The notes beneath the pieces were generated by a model. The model was not told the origin of the DNA. It searched no databases and saw only the letters and a program-made list of their open reading frames with translations. Below are positions 22,390-37,149 of a stretch of DNA of 64,000 bases, in pieces (the stretch's first letter is position 1; each line of letters opens with the position of its first letter). The stretch covers positions 1 to 64,000 of the forward strand of contig QPGO01000021.1 in NCBI GenBank assembly GCA_008632985.1, in the 5' to 3' direction. The position numbers were made by a program, and so were the translations under genes. This DNA comes from Psammoneis japonica (Eukaryota).

Positions 22390-25300
22390 GTTGCTCTCTC
22401 GGTTAGCACCCTGGAGTGCTGGGGCCTGGTGTGTTGTCACTGCTGGCTTGTTTTTCACATGAGGCCCAGGAGGTCAAATTTCTCAGAGAAGCGCTTGTTT
22501 GAGATCTCCTCCCTGTGCATTTGCGCAGACTCAGAGAGTGCCAGATGCCGCTTGTGGACTTTGGCACCATCATTTGTTGTGTTGAGTGTTGGTTGTTTGG
22601 CAACATTTTGTGTTTGGTCACTTTTTGGAGCAGAAGTGGAAAAACTCCCAACACCGAGGGTCCATCACCAAAGGGAGTGCAAATCAGAGCTGTCAGCGGG
22701 GGCAATCAGAGTGGTGGGCACCCACCAAACCAAGAGTGTGGATTTCACTTCTGCTGCAGCCAAAAATTGTTTCTCAAACAGTGCACTCAGCTGCTGTGTG
22801 AGCAAGATTTCCTCAATGACAGTGTGCTTTTCTTGCAAGCACAATGCTGCACTTGTGCACAAAAATCCACCACTGTGCACCCACCCCTCTTTCAAGAGCA
22901 CTTTCATGGCATGCCAAACTTTGCTCCAAATGAAACAAACTGCAAGCATTTGCAGTGCATTTGACAATTGTTGTTGGCATTTTTCTTGCTGCCATCACAT
23001 TGTCAGTTGCTTTTTTGTTGCCAAGTCTCACAGTGGTTTGCCACAAACAATTTGCCCACTGTGCTGTGCACTTTCCACAACAGCTTTCTCCAGCTAGAAA
23101 CTTGCTTTGGGTTTTTCCAGAACCTGCTGGAAGAGCTGCTGGCTTTCTGCACCAACAAATTGGGGGCATTGCTGGTTTCAGTGCTGTGCACATTTGTTTT
23201 TCAACAACCTTCTTGTCACACAGCAAGTGCACAAATGCTGGCAGTTTTGTTGGACTCTGTGTGTGGCAGCTGGGCTGCTCACACAAACAAGTTGGGCAGC
23301 AGAGCAGGGTTGGCTTCAGTGCAAAATTCATTCTTCAACCTAAAACCTCTTTGGTCATGCACATCTTCACAGCAAACTTTGTGAGGCACTGCTGCTTTGA
23401 TGTTTGTTGGTGCATCAATCTTCCCAATGTGTTTGTTGTGCACTCTTGACTGTGAGCCAACTTTTTGTGCACCAAATGTCAATCTCCCAATGTGGTTGTT
23501 GGCAACTCATGTGGCACTTTGATGACCAATTTGCAACAATGTCATTGTTTTGCAACAAGTCAGCCCATGCCTGTTTGCGTGCTGAATTGTGGGACAAATT
23601 TTCCCAACAAGTTTGCTCACTTTCTTGCTGATGATGTCTGTGGCAAGTTGCTCATGCACAAATGCTTTCTCATGACCACTTTTCTGCTTTCTGTCAAACA
23701 GCGCCACTCTGACAAGTGGTTTTGTTCTGCAACTCTCTTGCCAGTGCACTCCTTTTGCTTTTCTCCAACACTTTTGTGTTCAGAAAGGTCCCCAACTTGA
23801 TGATGCTGGATGAGATGTGTTTTGGAAACTGCTGTTTCCACTGATGCAACTTTTGCTGCCAAAGCTGGCATTTTTTCTTTTTTGTTTCTGCGGCCACTTC
23901 CAAATTTCCTGTTTTTGTAAAAGCAAGCCCTTCTTGTTCAGCATGCTCACATGTGCCCTGCTTCCAGCCACAAGCTGCAAAAAGTGGCAGCACCAAAACC
24001 CAAAAGAAAAATCAAAACAACAAACCAGGGGACAAGGAGAGGGTGACAGCATCACTCCCAAATGTTTCATGTGCAAGAGACAGGTGCACAGGTGTGCACC
24101 CAGATGGATCTCTGACTTTCAGATCTGTGCCAAGATCTGCTCACTTGCTCAAGTTTGCTGCTGGCTTGAAAATTCTGTCAAACGCTTCCACCAGTGGGGG
24201 ACTCCTGCAAGAGCAGGTGTTAGACTGTCCCTGTTCTGCCACCAAGCAAGTGGCAAGTCTTTCATGAGAAACACCTGCAAATTCGACCTCCTGTCAGAGC
24301 ACCAATCCAAGCTTGATCCACTGGTCTTACAACTGAGACATTGTTGTGGATCCATGCACACACAAACATTTCTTGTGCAACAGAAGTGCCAGTGGGTTGT
24401 GCTGCTAAAATTTGTAAAATGAGTTCATTGAACATGTGTCGCTTGGTGTCAGAAGCATGGCAGGTGTCTCCTGCTTTCTGCTTTGCAGTCCTGACTCTAG
24501 CCACACTTGAGAAAGCATGTGGGATTGTCAGACAGAAAGGCTCATCTGTTTCTGGCTGGCTGATGATCCACTGCAGGTGAGCTGAGAAAGGCCTGAGCAT
24601 TTGCCACAGGACCATGCAAGGTAAAATCAAGCATGAGAGACAAGGTTGGGGTTGGCCCATCTTTTCATTTGCCAAAATCAATCACATGGACATCCTTGTC
24701 ACACTTTTTAAGCTCTAAAATGGCCTTGGTCATTTGAACAAATGATTGTTTTCACATTTGTCATGTTGCGTCCTCATGTCATTGACACTCATGTGTGAAT
24801 GTGTGTGTGTTCCAGCCAGCTTGGCTGCCATCAAGATGGCTGTCCATGCATTCAATCAATTGCGTGCATTGCTGGAGAAACAAAAAGGCATGACATGTTG
24901 TGTTCTGGGTTCCAGCACAAAGGGATTGTGCACAGAGTGCATTCACACACATGCTCCAGTTCAGCTGCAATCAAGATGGCTGTCCATGCACTCAATCAAG
25001 CAGTGCATCAGAGACAAAAAGGCGATGTGCACCAGGTTCCAGCACAAGGTGATGTGCAAAATGACAATTCTGTCAACTCACTTGTTGACAGCACTTGGGT
25101 GCAATTGTGGTGCAGAACACTGGCACAAAACTGATCAATGCATCATGCAATTTCCAGCCAAGGGGGGCATTTTCTCAAAACAAGAGGCTGGCACTCCAAG
25201 CTCCACAAAGAAACAGCAAATGGTGCTCCCAGCACGACAATGAAAATGACTGGCAGCAGCACTGGTGCCAAATTTTTGTCTTTTGACAATGCAAACAGTG

Positions 25301-26940
25301 CCACTGCAATCACAGCATTTTTCTCAGTGTGCAGGTGCCATTTCTCTTTTTGCTCAGTGCAAAGCAAACAAGCAAACACTTGCAGGCAGCTTTGGCTTCT
25401 CTCAACTTTAAAGTTCTCTTGTCTCACCAGGCCATTTTGGCTTCCTGCTCCAGATGCACCACTCAACTGTGTGAAAATGACACCATAAATCAGCCACACA
25501 CAAATTAGATTGTGTGGCAATTTCTGCATTGCGCAAATCCACCAGGTGACCTCCTCTGTCAACTTTCTTGCTTGGCATGCCAAAGACACCTTGTTTTAAA
25601 CAAAAAACATGGTGCACTTCAATGCTTTGTTGTGCCAGCTTTGTGTTGTTGATTGGCTCCACTTTTGCAATCACAAAGTTGAGCAAAATCATCAAACAGC
25701 TGCACGCCACTACAGAGCAACTTGCCAAAAAAAAAACACACACACCACACACATTGTCTGAGCACGGTCAGTGTGCACAAAAATTCCTCACCCAAATGTT
25801 TGTTTGGCAATGTGCTCAAGTCACAGCCAGGCAGGACTCTGTGTGACATTGGGCCCACAAAATTCCACACGCAAGCTCTGCAGCAAAAAATTGCTGGGCG
25901 AAGAATGTGCAATGATTGCCAACAGAAAAAGAGCCAACTTTTAGATGTCATTTCCAGCTTGCCTGGGCATTTTCAGAATGTCAAAGAAAATGCCCAGAAC
26001 TTTTTGTTCTCACAGACACAAACAACAAAAGCCTCAGTTTTGCAAAAAAGACAGTGCAAAACAATTGCGGAGAAGAACACACACAGAAATGCAATGTTGC
26101 AGGACATCTGCAGCTTGCACATGACAAAAAACTCTTGTGTCATGGCACAGCTGTTTCATGATGTCGACTCAGAACTGGAGCATGTGGCATGCACATTTTC
26201 ATCACTGGCTCAAAAGCACTCTGTGTGTGAGCAAAAAAAAAAAACAGGCCGTTGACAAGCTGATGAGCTTGTTGGATCATGTGATCCCATGTGAGTGGCT
26301 GGTGCTCATGCACACACACAAAAAATTTGTTGGAGTGTGATCTCTCATGGGAGGAGAACAAGAAATGGCCATTGCTCTCAAGATCAACAGCCCTTGTGCC
26401 ATTGAAAAGTGCAGCTCTGGTGGCACAATTTTGTTGCACGATGGAGCAATCACAAATGTGCAAAGACATTGTTTTGCACTCAACAAAGCAATCACAAATT
26501 GGCAGCTGGGAAAGAATCACAGCAATGTCTTCTTTTTTGATGCACGTGCACAAGCATGGTGCTGAAAGACATTCAGCATGTTGGGACAGAGAGCTTGCGT
26601 TGACAAATTGAAGAGAACTGCAGAGCGGCAAGAGCAGCTCAAGACACATTTGCCTTGGTTTGCCACAACATTTGGGGCAGATGATGTCACACACAAAATG
26701 ATCCAGGACATGCACAGGCTGCGTTGGGGAGCAGCGTTGGATTGTGGCTCTTCAAAGCTGTGCAGCACTTGCAAAGCACACACTCACACTGGGAGCACAG
26801 CCACTCAATCTGCACCAAACTTGCAGCAAGCAGTGCTGCAGCAGCGGGCACAATTTGCACCCACAGCTGCAAGAAAAAATGGAGCTGCTCAAAACCAGCC
26901 GCCCTCTTCGACACTTGGCTGCAGCGCTGCTCCTTTCTGA
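22390..26940. other. TpA/CpG-depleted degenerate repeat block
   Basis: About 15-20 TA dinucleotides in about 4.5 kb by manual count, very few CG, sharp boundaries next to the HECT and Hsp70 genes. Confidence 0.8.
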
Positions 26941-27181
26941 GTGCTGTAATCTTTTCATATACCATACATAGTCCCTTCCCTCGAGGATGGAGATGCATGG
27001 CATTGACAGCAATCCAAACGCGGTAAACAAATATAGATGAGATCGTAGAAGGAGAGAACTACTGGAGAATGGATCGGTGGAGGACAAGATCGGTGTCGCA
27101 CAAAACAAGAATGAAATGCAAATATAACGACAAGACCCGTTTCGACACTATCTCTACTACTAGACCGCTACGCTTCAAAAA

Positions 27182-29470
<2,289 letters not shown>

Positions 29471-30777
29471 TCACACACACAGGGGCCGATCGAGTTGGCC
29501 GGGCGGGCGCGGGCCGTGGGGGTGACGCGGCGCGCTGAAAAATTGTTTGTGATGTTAGTTTGGCAGAGAGTGTTGGGGCACTACTCGACAATGATGCCCC
29601 CAAAAACACAGCTTGGAGCACACATGTGTCCATAAAAGTCTTTCAATCGAGTCAGCTTTCAGTCATTCATCCTGATGCTCACACATGTTTTACAACAAAT
29701 GTCACCTTTGCCAGCTGTGTCTCAACTGCTGCAGCCTCTTGCTTGTGCACTTCCTCCCTCTTTTGGGCACTGCTGTGGCCTCTTGCTTGCGCACTTTCTC
29801 CCTCTTTCTTTTCTCTCCCAGCCAGCACAGGCCTTGGCTTGGTTTTGCCCTGTGGAATTTCCCAAAACTGACCAGGATTGCCACTTCTTGCTGCTGTCTG
29901 CTGTGCTCTTCTGCAGGGAGTGCAAATTGCTGTGGGGGGAATCACCATGAAAGCTGCTTCATCACATTTGTTGTGTGCGCTGTGAGAGAACACAAACGCA
30001 CAAGCTCACGAGCTGGAAACTCCCCCCTTGTTGCCCCCTGCATGATTTGCTGCAACACAGGCTCATGCCAATGACCAGCACATGATGTCATGGCAGCTTC
30101 AAGTGCAACAAATGACACAAATCAGAGTCTGTTCAATTTCATGTCTTTTGCCCCCATGTGTGTTGCTGCGCCACTTTGTGAAAGTCACTCCGCATCACAG
30201 AAACAAGCCAGCTGTTCTTGCACACTTTTTTCTCTTTCTCTTTGGATGTCACAACCCCCCACATGTCCCTTCTCCCTTCTTCTCTCCCACCTCTTGATGC
30301 AGCCATGTGTGTGGCTTCTGAGCATGTGTTGCCATGCTTTGAATGTCGCTCCACATTGCAAAAACAAGCAAGCTGCTGTTGTGTGCAACTTTTTTCTCAT
30401 TTTTTTTGGATGCCACACCACAAACCCCTCACATGTCTGCTCACCTCCCTCATCTCAATGTGGCCACATGTGGGCAGGCCTGTTCCAGCCCCAGGTGATG
30501 AGAAATCCATCGCGCAAGAGGCCGATTTTCTGTGCAGTTTGGCACATTTTAAACTCCTTCAAATTTGGGCTGATTGTTTCAAAAATCAAAAGGTGAGTGC
30601 ACAAAAAAATGAGTTTTGAGTTTTGTGTTCACTCACCCTTTCAATTTGGGAAAAACCCAATTTTGAAGGAGTTTGATGCTCTAAATGCAAAAATGGCCAG
30701 TGATGGGAATCAAACCTGTCCACGGCTGCTGCCAAAGCTGGCAAGAGAGAACAAGGAAGAAAGCCTCTAAAGACTCC

Positions 30778-32416
30778 CAAGAAGGCAAAAGGAGAAAAAG
30801 CAGCCTCCACATTGAAAAAAAAGAAGCCTTCTCTTTGTGCTCAAATTGCCAGCTTTTTGGTGGCAACGTTGCTCAGCTCATGGCTGTGAACAAAAGAAGA
30901 GCAAGGCCCAATTTTTGGGGCACCTGAGAGCAAGGACATGAGAACTGGGTTGCTGGTGGGTCAAGATTTTCAACTTTTAGTTGTTGCCATGAGAGTCAGT
31001 TTTAACAATGATGAAGATCTGAAGGAAAGTGGCTTGCCTGTCAGGAGTTGTCCAACCACAATGGATGAAAACACCACAACATCACACCCTCAACTTCATC
31101 AGCTCTTTGAGAGAGTTGCAGAGACAACAAACAAACACATCACAAAGACAAAAAGCACAGCAAGATGGAGCATGTTGTCAAGGGCAGCAATGACGAAGCA
31201 CACAACATTGTTGTCTCTCTTGGCTGGTTGCACCAGACCATTGTTTGTGGGTTGCAAGTGCCGCTGCCAAGTTGACCAGAGATTTGCACAAAAAAGATGA
31301 CATGCTGGCCAGACATTTTGTGATGCTTGCATGGGTGCCACCCTCAAGCCTTGGTTTCTTGCAGGTGATGTGCACCCAACCAAAGCCCAAGAATGCTGTG
31401 AGCATTCTTCTCTTTAAGGTGGATGAGTGCAGCGCTGTTGGTTGCTGTGCCACTGAACACTTCATCTTGAGGTGCGTGCACAACAAAGGACATGTCAGAC
31501 AGACCATGATGGCCCATTTGTGATGAAAATGGAGTCTTGCCAATCTTTTTCTAAAACTGCATGCAGTCTCTCACGCAAAGCACATGCACACAAATGCTGT
31601 GACAGCCTGCCCCCAAGGACATTGCTGTCTTTTTGGTGATGATGGTGAGTGCAGCATGCACAAAGTTTCCAGCACAAAATAATTCAGGAAGTCAAATCAT
31701 CTTGCCATCCATCAGCTTGTGCGCAAAGACAACAATGCGTCCAATCATGATGGAGTGCCATGCTTTCTGTTTTGGTTTTGTTTTGGCTGAGACTGCCAAG
31801 AAGGCAAAAGGAGGAATGGCAGCCTCCACACTGGAAAAAAAAGAAGCACTCTTTGTGCTCAATCACTGGCACTTTGGTGGACAATGTCACTCAGCATGTG
31901 GCTGTGAACAACAGGAGAGCAAGGCCCATTTTTTGGGGTGCCTGAGCAAGGGCATGAGGAGCAGATTGGTGGTGGGTCAAGGTTTTCAACTTTCAGTTGT
32001 TGCCACAACAGTCAGTTTTGACAATGACACACGAAGATCTGAAGGAAAGTGGCTTGCCTGTCAGGATTTGTCTCCAACCACAATGGATGAAAACACCACA
32101 GCATCAAATCCTCAACTTTGTTTGCTCATTGAGATTTGCAGAGATGACAAACAAACATGCAACAAAGACAACAAGCACAAGATGGAGCATGTTGTCAATG
32201 ACAGCAGCAATGGCGGAGCATGCAACATTGCTGGCTCTCTTGGCCTGTTGTGCCAGACCATTTGTGGGCTGCAAGTGCCACACCAGAGAGGCACATGATG
32301 AAGATGACATGCTGATCAGACATTTTGTGACCCCAATGACTTGTGTGGACATGCCACCATCACGCCTTGGGCTTCTTGCAGGTGGCGTGCACCCCAGTGC
32401 AAGCAAAGCCCAAGAA
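30778..32416 (+). repeat. About 0.6-kb diverged direct duplication (30778-31393 and 31797-32416)
   Basis: Shared blocks gaaggcaaaagga, gaagatctgaaggaaagtggcttgcctgtcagga, caatggatgaaaacaccaca and caaagcccaagaa. Confidence 0.9.
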
Positions 32417-33427
32417 CACCATGGGATGTGCCGTGCATGTTTGGCTCTCAGGTGGTTTCCACATGAAAAGTGCACCAGGCGATCTCCGGAAATTGTTCAC
32501 ACATGCTGCTCCAGTGGAGACCAGGACATTAAAAAAAATGGGTGACAGCGCGCCGCGTGCGCAAAAAATTGAAAAAAGACAGTTGCGAGGAAGTGAGGAA
32601 GTGAGTTGACAACGTCATCAGAGACAACAAGATCAAAACAACTCCTGCATTGTGAGTGTAAAGAAGCAGCAACAAACACTGAACATTCACATTGCAGGCT
32701 TGTGCATGAAACCAGCCTGGAACCCAAAGGTGAGCCACACGTCACATCATGCTTGTTCCACGTCAGCGCTCGAGTTGACCTTGATGCCACACTTCACGCA
32801 TCCAGACAGCTTCAAGACACATGATGCATGTTCATTGCCAGACATTTCTGCTGCCACTGATGACAATTGGACCACTTTGAATGTTTTGAACTTCCCTTCA
32901 TTCCAAGAAAATGTGGGTGCACAAAGTGTTGCTGGGATGACTCCTGGAGAGACCCATCAACATTCCTCCTGCCAAGGCCAATCTCAGGAAATGAAGTCCT
33001 GCCATGCGGTGTGGCAATGTCTTTATGAGGAGTTGTTTCTGTGCTGGATTACAATGTTTGTGATAAAAGCACTGCACAAGTTGTTGATTTTCCATCTGAT
33101 CTGAGGCGGAGCAGCACGCAGGCATGCCCAAACCATCCTCTTGGTGACAGGACAAGGTGCTCCTTGACAAAACAGATCATGGCATCTACAACATGTTGTG
33201 TGTTTGTTGCTTGTTTGCACTCCATTGTCAAAATGCCGTCAGTTGGCCAGCATGGGTGTCATGGCTTTCTTTTGCATCCATTCGGGTTGGGGCCCTGTTG
33301 CGGCGCACCTTTGTCCTCTGATGCAGGTCATCACTTGGCATCAGCATGCCGGCAGAACACCAAGCACAAAGAATTGCTGGAAGATTTCCAGCAAGTTTGA
33401 GACCCACCACTTTCATCCTCGAAAATG

Positions 33428-33635
33428 CACTTGCCAACAAGGCAAAATCTGTTGAATCAACCATCTGGCAGCAACCAAGTCACACTCTCAAGTTCAAGTT
33501 GCTGAACACTCTCTCTAGCGAGGTCACCAAACACTTGCCGACAAGGCAAAATCTGTTGAATCAACCATCTGGCAGCAACCAAGTCATGCTCTCAAGTTCA
33601 AGTTGCTGAATGCTCTCTCTGGCGAGGTCACCGAA
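33428..33635 (+). repeat. Tandem repeat, 2 x 104 bp
   Basis: acaaggcaaaatctgttgaatcaaccatctggcagcaaccaagtca occurs twice at 104-bp spacing. Confidence 0.9.
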
Positions 33636-33849
33636 TGTGACTCAGTTTGCCGTGTGAAGACAGGGTGCCGCAGAGCTCAACATCATCAGACAGTTCGACA
33701 CCCTGCTTTTGCGCGAGTGGCCATTGGACTCCAAAAGTGCCAACACATGCTGCATGCCACTGGACTCCAAAAGTGCTGCCACACTCAGAGAGAGTGAATC
33801 ACTCTTCACAGCGACTGGGTCATTGATGCAGGCACACGTGGCTGCACCA

Positions 33850-34740
33850 AAAGTGGCACTGGCCAATGTTAAAAGCGCAAGTCCCACAATGATCTGGTGC
33901 CACAATTTTGTTTTGGAACCAACAGTCAACAATGGTGACCCCCCTCCACATCAAACATCAAACCTTGTGACCACCGCTCCATCAAAGGTGTTGGTGCTCT
34001 GCAGTTTTGAACATGTGATGGATGGAACGTGACCGCCACGGAGAGAGTGATTGGCGACAACAGTGCACAAAAAGAGGTGCAATCAAAAAGAGCCAACATC
34101 AATCACCAGGTGTCCAAACGGCAAAAACAGGTTTCTGCATTGGCCAAATCTGATGGAACACACCCGACGCAGTTGCAAGTTGGTCCAACCACAATCCATG
34201 CATGGCTTTTTAGAAGACCAAGCCACCTGCACCAAAAGGGCCCACCTCCCAGATGAGGGGCTGCAATGATCCAGAATCTAAGTTCAATGGCACAGACAGG
34301 AAGCATCCTGATGGGAAGTGTTCTCAAGACTTGATGCAACCACAGTCCCAGCAGTGTCGATGCATGCTTTTGCAAAAACCACGCTCGCTTCCGACTCTCA
34401 CAGTCAGAACCGACATTGGGGTCCTGCCAAGCAAACGCACCACGAGGAATCCTGAAATGAAGAGAAAGGTGTTGACTGCAAACCTTTGCGAAAATAGCAG
34501 TGTCCCACCAAACATGGAGTCTCTCCACCATGCACCATCGCTCTGTGTGCCGCAATGCCACAAAACAGTGTGCACAAGGCACAAGTCATCAAACGACATT
34601 CGATTCTTCTCGAGAAGGTGACACACAGGTGATCGGCAGCCTCATGCCCATGGCGAATGAAATGGGGGTCTGATGTGCCATACAGCGACAATGCAGGACA
34701 CCGGGATGAGACGGATGCAACAAACTGAGGGCCATCGCGA
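33850..34740 (-). pseudogene. Acyltransferase-3 (NRF-6/OafA-like) pseudogene
   Basis: Fragments in several frames: LLFSQRFAVNTFLFISGFLVV, HQVLR..LPVC..FWIIAAPHLGGGPFWCRW and ETCFC..TW match AT3 motifs (FAVDTF..ISGFL; R.LR..P.Y; GP.W; C...WYL). Confidence 0.7.
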
Positions 34741-34854
34741 GGTGTGCCGACCTGCAGTACAGTGCAGCATACAATAAAGTGCGTACAAACGGTTGATTCT
34801 TGAATCGGAATTTGTGAATTTTTGTGCGCGTGCGTGCAGTCACCCGTTTTTCAA

Positions 34855-36589
34855 ATGTCCTGGTCTTCTTCCGTACCACTTACAGACCTCCCAGTTGGGA
34901 GTGCCATTCACTCACCACTCACCAGCGCTTTCTCCAACGATGAATGCTCTGGGGCGATAGTCATTGATCCCATGTCCCTTCCAAATTCTCTTCAAGGATC
35001 CAACATTGGCGCCACTCTGGAGCATTTTAGTTACTGTGGTTTCGGGCTTTTTCATGGAGTATATTTTTATCTCGATGGGATTTCGGGAGGCCTCCGTGAT
35101 GGGTGATTTTCCCGTCGATGTGGGCGTTCTAGAAACATGCGCTGATCCTGCTGTGGAAGATTGTCCGCTCCGGTGAAGAATAACAACGAGAGGGTATGGG
35201 TGGCGGCGCCAGAGGCAACGTACTTTATCCTGATCGGTGGAAATGGTACTTTTGGAGAAGAACAAGGACAGATCGGTGTGGATATGGGAAATTTTGTTTT
35301 GGAACTCTCGGTGAGTTTGCTAGTGTTGATTTTTGCGGCTTACTGTATATCTGCATCCTCGTTGCGTGCTATTTTGCCTTATCCGCTTGGTGACCACTCA
35401 ATCACTGAACACATCAACACGTGGCCAATAATTGTCCTTGTCTCTACTCACAGGCTTTTGAAGTGGCTTCCAACGACCAATGTGAAAATCCCACCAACAT
35501 TTCAATTCCCAGTATCACAAGGGGCTCCGCTGAGTTTGCCTTTCCCAATGACAGCCTTTGCTACAGCACGGGCAATTTCAACAAGCGAGGTGCATGGTAT
35601 TCGTTGCAAGGAAACGCTAAGATTATCCAGATTTCGCTTGAGGGGGGCATCCTTTGACGCAGTCACCAGTGTGTAACACATGTCAAGTGCGTTCCTGCCC
35701 ACCGCCACGCCTTGTGGATGGTTTGTACACGTATGCCGCCCTTGCGGGTATTCCTTACACTGTTGTTGTGGCTGGGACGGACGAAAAGCAATGGGGCGAT
35801 TTCATCTTGGATATTCGTGTTGTAGATCCGCCGGTCCACAATTTTTGTGCGAGTGCCTCCTCGTTGACACGCTTCATTCCGTTTTGACTGGAGCCACCAC
35901 GTATGCCTTTGAAGAAACTCGAGGGAATGCTTGTTTTACAATTACCAAGGGTCCTGGTGTCTGGTACTCCCTTAGGTGCCAATCAAACCCTGCAGGCAAA
36001 TCTTGATGCCGAATATCCATACGAAGAATCTGCCACCCTTGCGGTTCAACGGGTGCGAGTTCCCAGAGCTCTCTTGTCCGGAATTCACGGTCGCGATGAG
36101 TGATAACAAGACCCGAGGCAGGAAGAATCACATATTACCCCGGGGTGTCCAGTACAGGGCAGTAACCGTTTCAGTGACTACCAACTCATTGTGCGATAAG
36201 AAGGAGATCCGTTGCAACCAACATTTCCTCCAGTCACCACGTCAGCTCCCGTTGCCACAGCCGCTTCTCCAAGTGCGTTTCCTGCTGTCCTTCCCAGTGC
36301 TTCCAGTGACCTGTCACTTGTTTTTCGACATTGGACTCTTGATGCGCCCGCATTGTCAAGCGCTCCATCTCTCAACAAGTGCACCATCGCTGGCACCCTC
36401 GTTGAGTGCGGCACCGTCATCAATGCCGCCATCTGATGTGCCCACGTAAGATCCAACGCGATCCCCCCTAAACCGACGGATTCAACTCGCACGGACAACA
36501 TTTTCAGCAGAAGTGGCGCTGCCGATGCAACAAAACTCATCAGCAGTGTTGGAAGTTTGGTGATCGGGACGCTGGTAATGTGCTTTTGA
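34855..36589 (+). pseudogene. Fragmented cell-surface protein gene with repeated Cys-containing extracellular modules, Pro/Ser/Thr stalk and hydrophobic tail
   Basis: Recurrent N-D/F-x-C-x-x-A and G-x-W/Y-Y-x-L modules (NDECSGA, NDQCENP, HNFCASA; GAWYSL, GVWYSL), PTFPP/APSL stalk, tail LISSVGSLVIGTLVMCF. Broken across frames; introns not resolved. Confidence 0.45.
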
Positions 36590-36742
36590 CGCACAAGCAT
36601 TTGGCAGTTTTGACAGAGTCATTTTGTCGATGATGCGGCGTCCTATTCACGCCGAGCACAAGCAGCGGTCAACTCCTGGATATTGGGATAGAACTCTGCC
36701 ACCAAGAAGTGAACTGGTGGAAGCAAGTGCAGGGCAGGAGAA

Positions 36743-36800
36743 CTCTCTCTCTAGTAGAGTAGCTAGAGCTACTCTCTAGAGTAGCTAGCTAGCTAAGAGA
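36743..36800. repeat. CTAG/TAG-rich low-complexity tract
   Basis: ctctctctctagtagagtagctagagctactctctagagtagctagctagctaagagag. Confidence 0.75.
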
Positions 36801-37149
36801 GTGGGAATAGAGAGCGAAGTGACAGAGCTCCATTTCGCGACGAGCGCGCGCGTGCGCGCTAACGCGCGTTCTGTTGTTCTTGATTTGAGATTTCGCGGAT
36901 TGTGATACCAAAAGTGGATCAGAGAGCTTCGCATAAAGTTGACATCATCCCATCAACATCAATCACTCGCGCATCACTGAAGTTTATTCTTCCATCATTG
37001 TAAGAAGGTATCAGGAGTCTCTGTTCGTTGTATGAAAGTATCATTTGGAGTGCTTTTGTCGACTGGATTCATTCGAAAGTTAAACCCAAACAGAAAACTC
37101 GGAGGATTGGATTCTTGAATTTCGGCTTCTCATCGGACGGGTTCGCATC

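Larger units (their letters stand above)
29530..34740. other. TpA/CpG-depleted degenerate block with internal duplications and a gene relic
   Basis: TG/CA-rich and nearly TA-free; starts just upstream of the Hsp70 5' region. Confidence 0.75.

Noticed and set aside
22390..26940. Assigning this block to a specific transposon or virus family
   Set aside because: No diagnostic motif is recognisable by eye after erosion.
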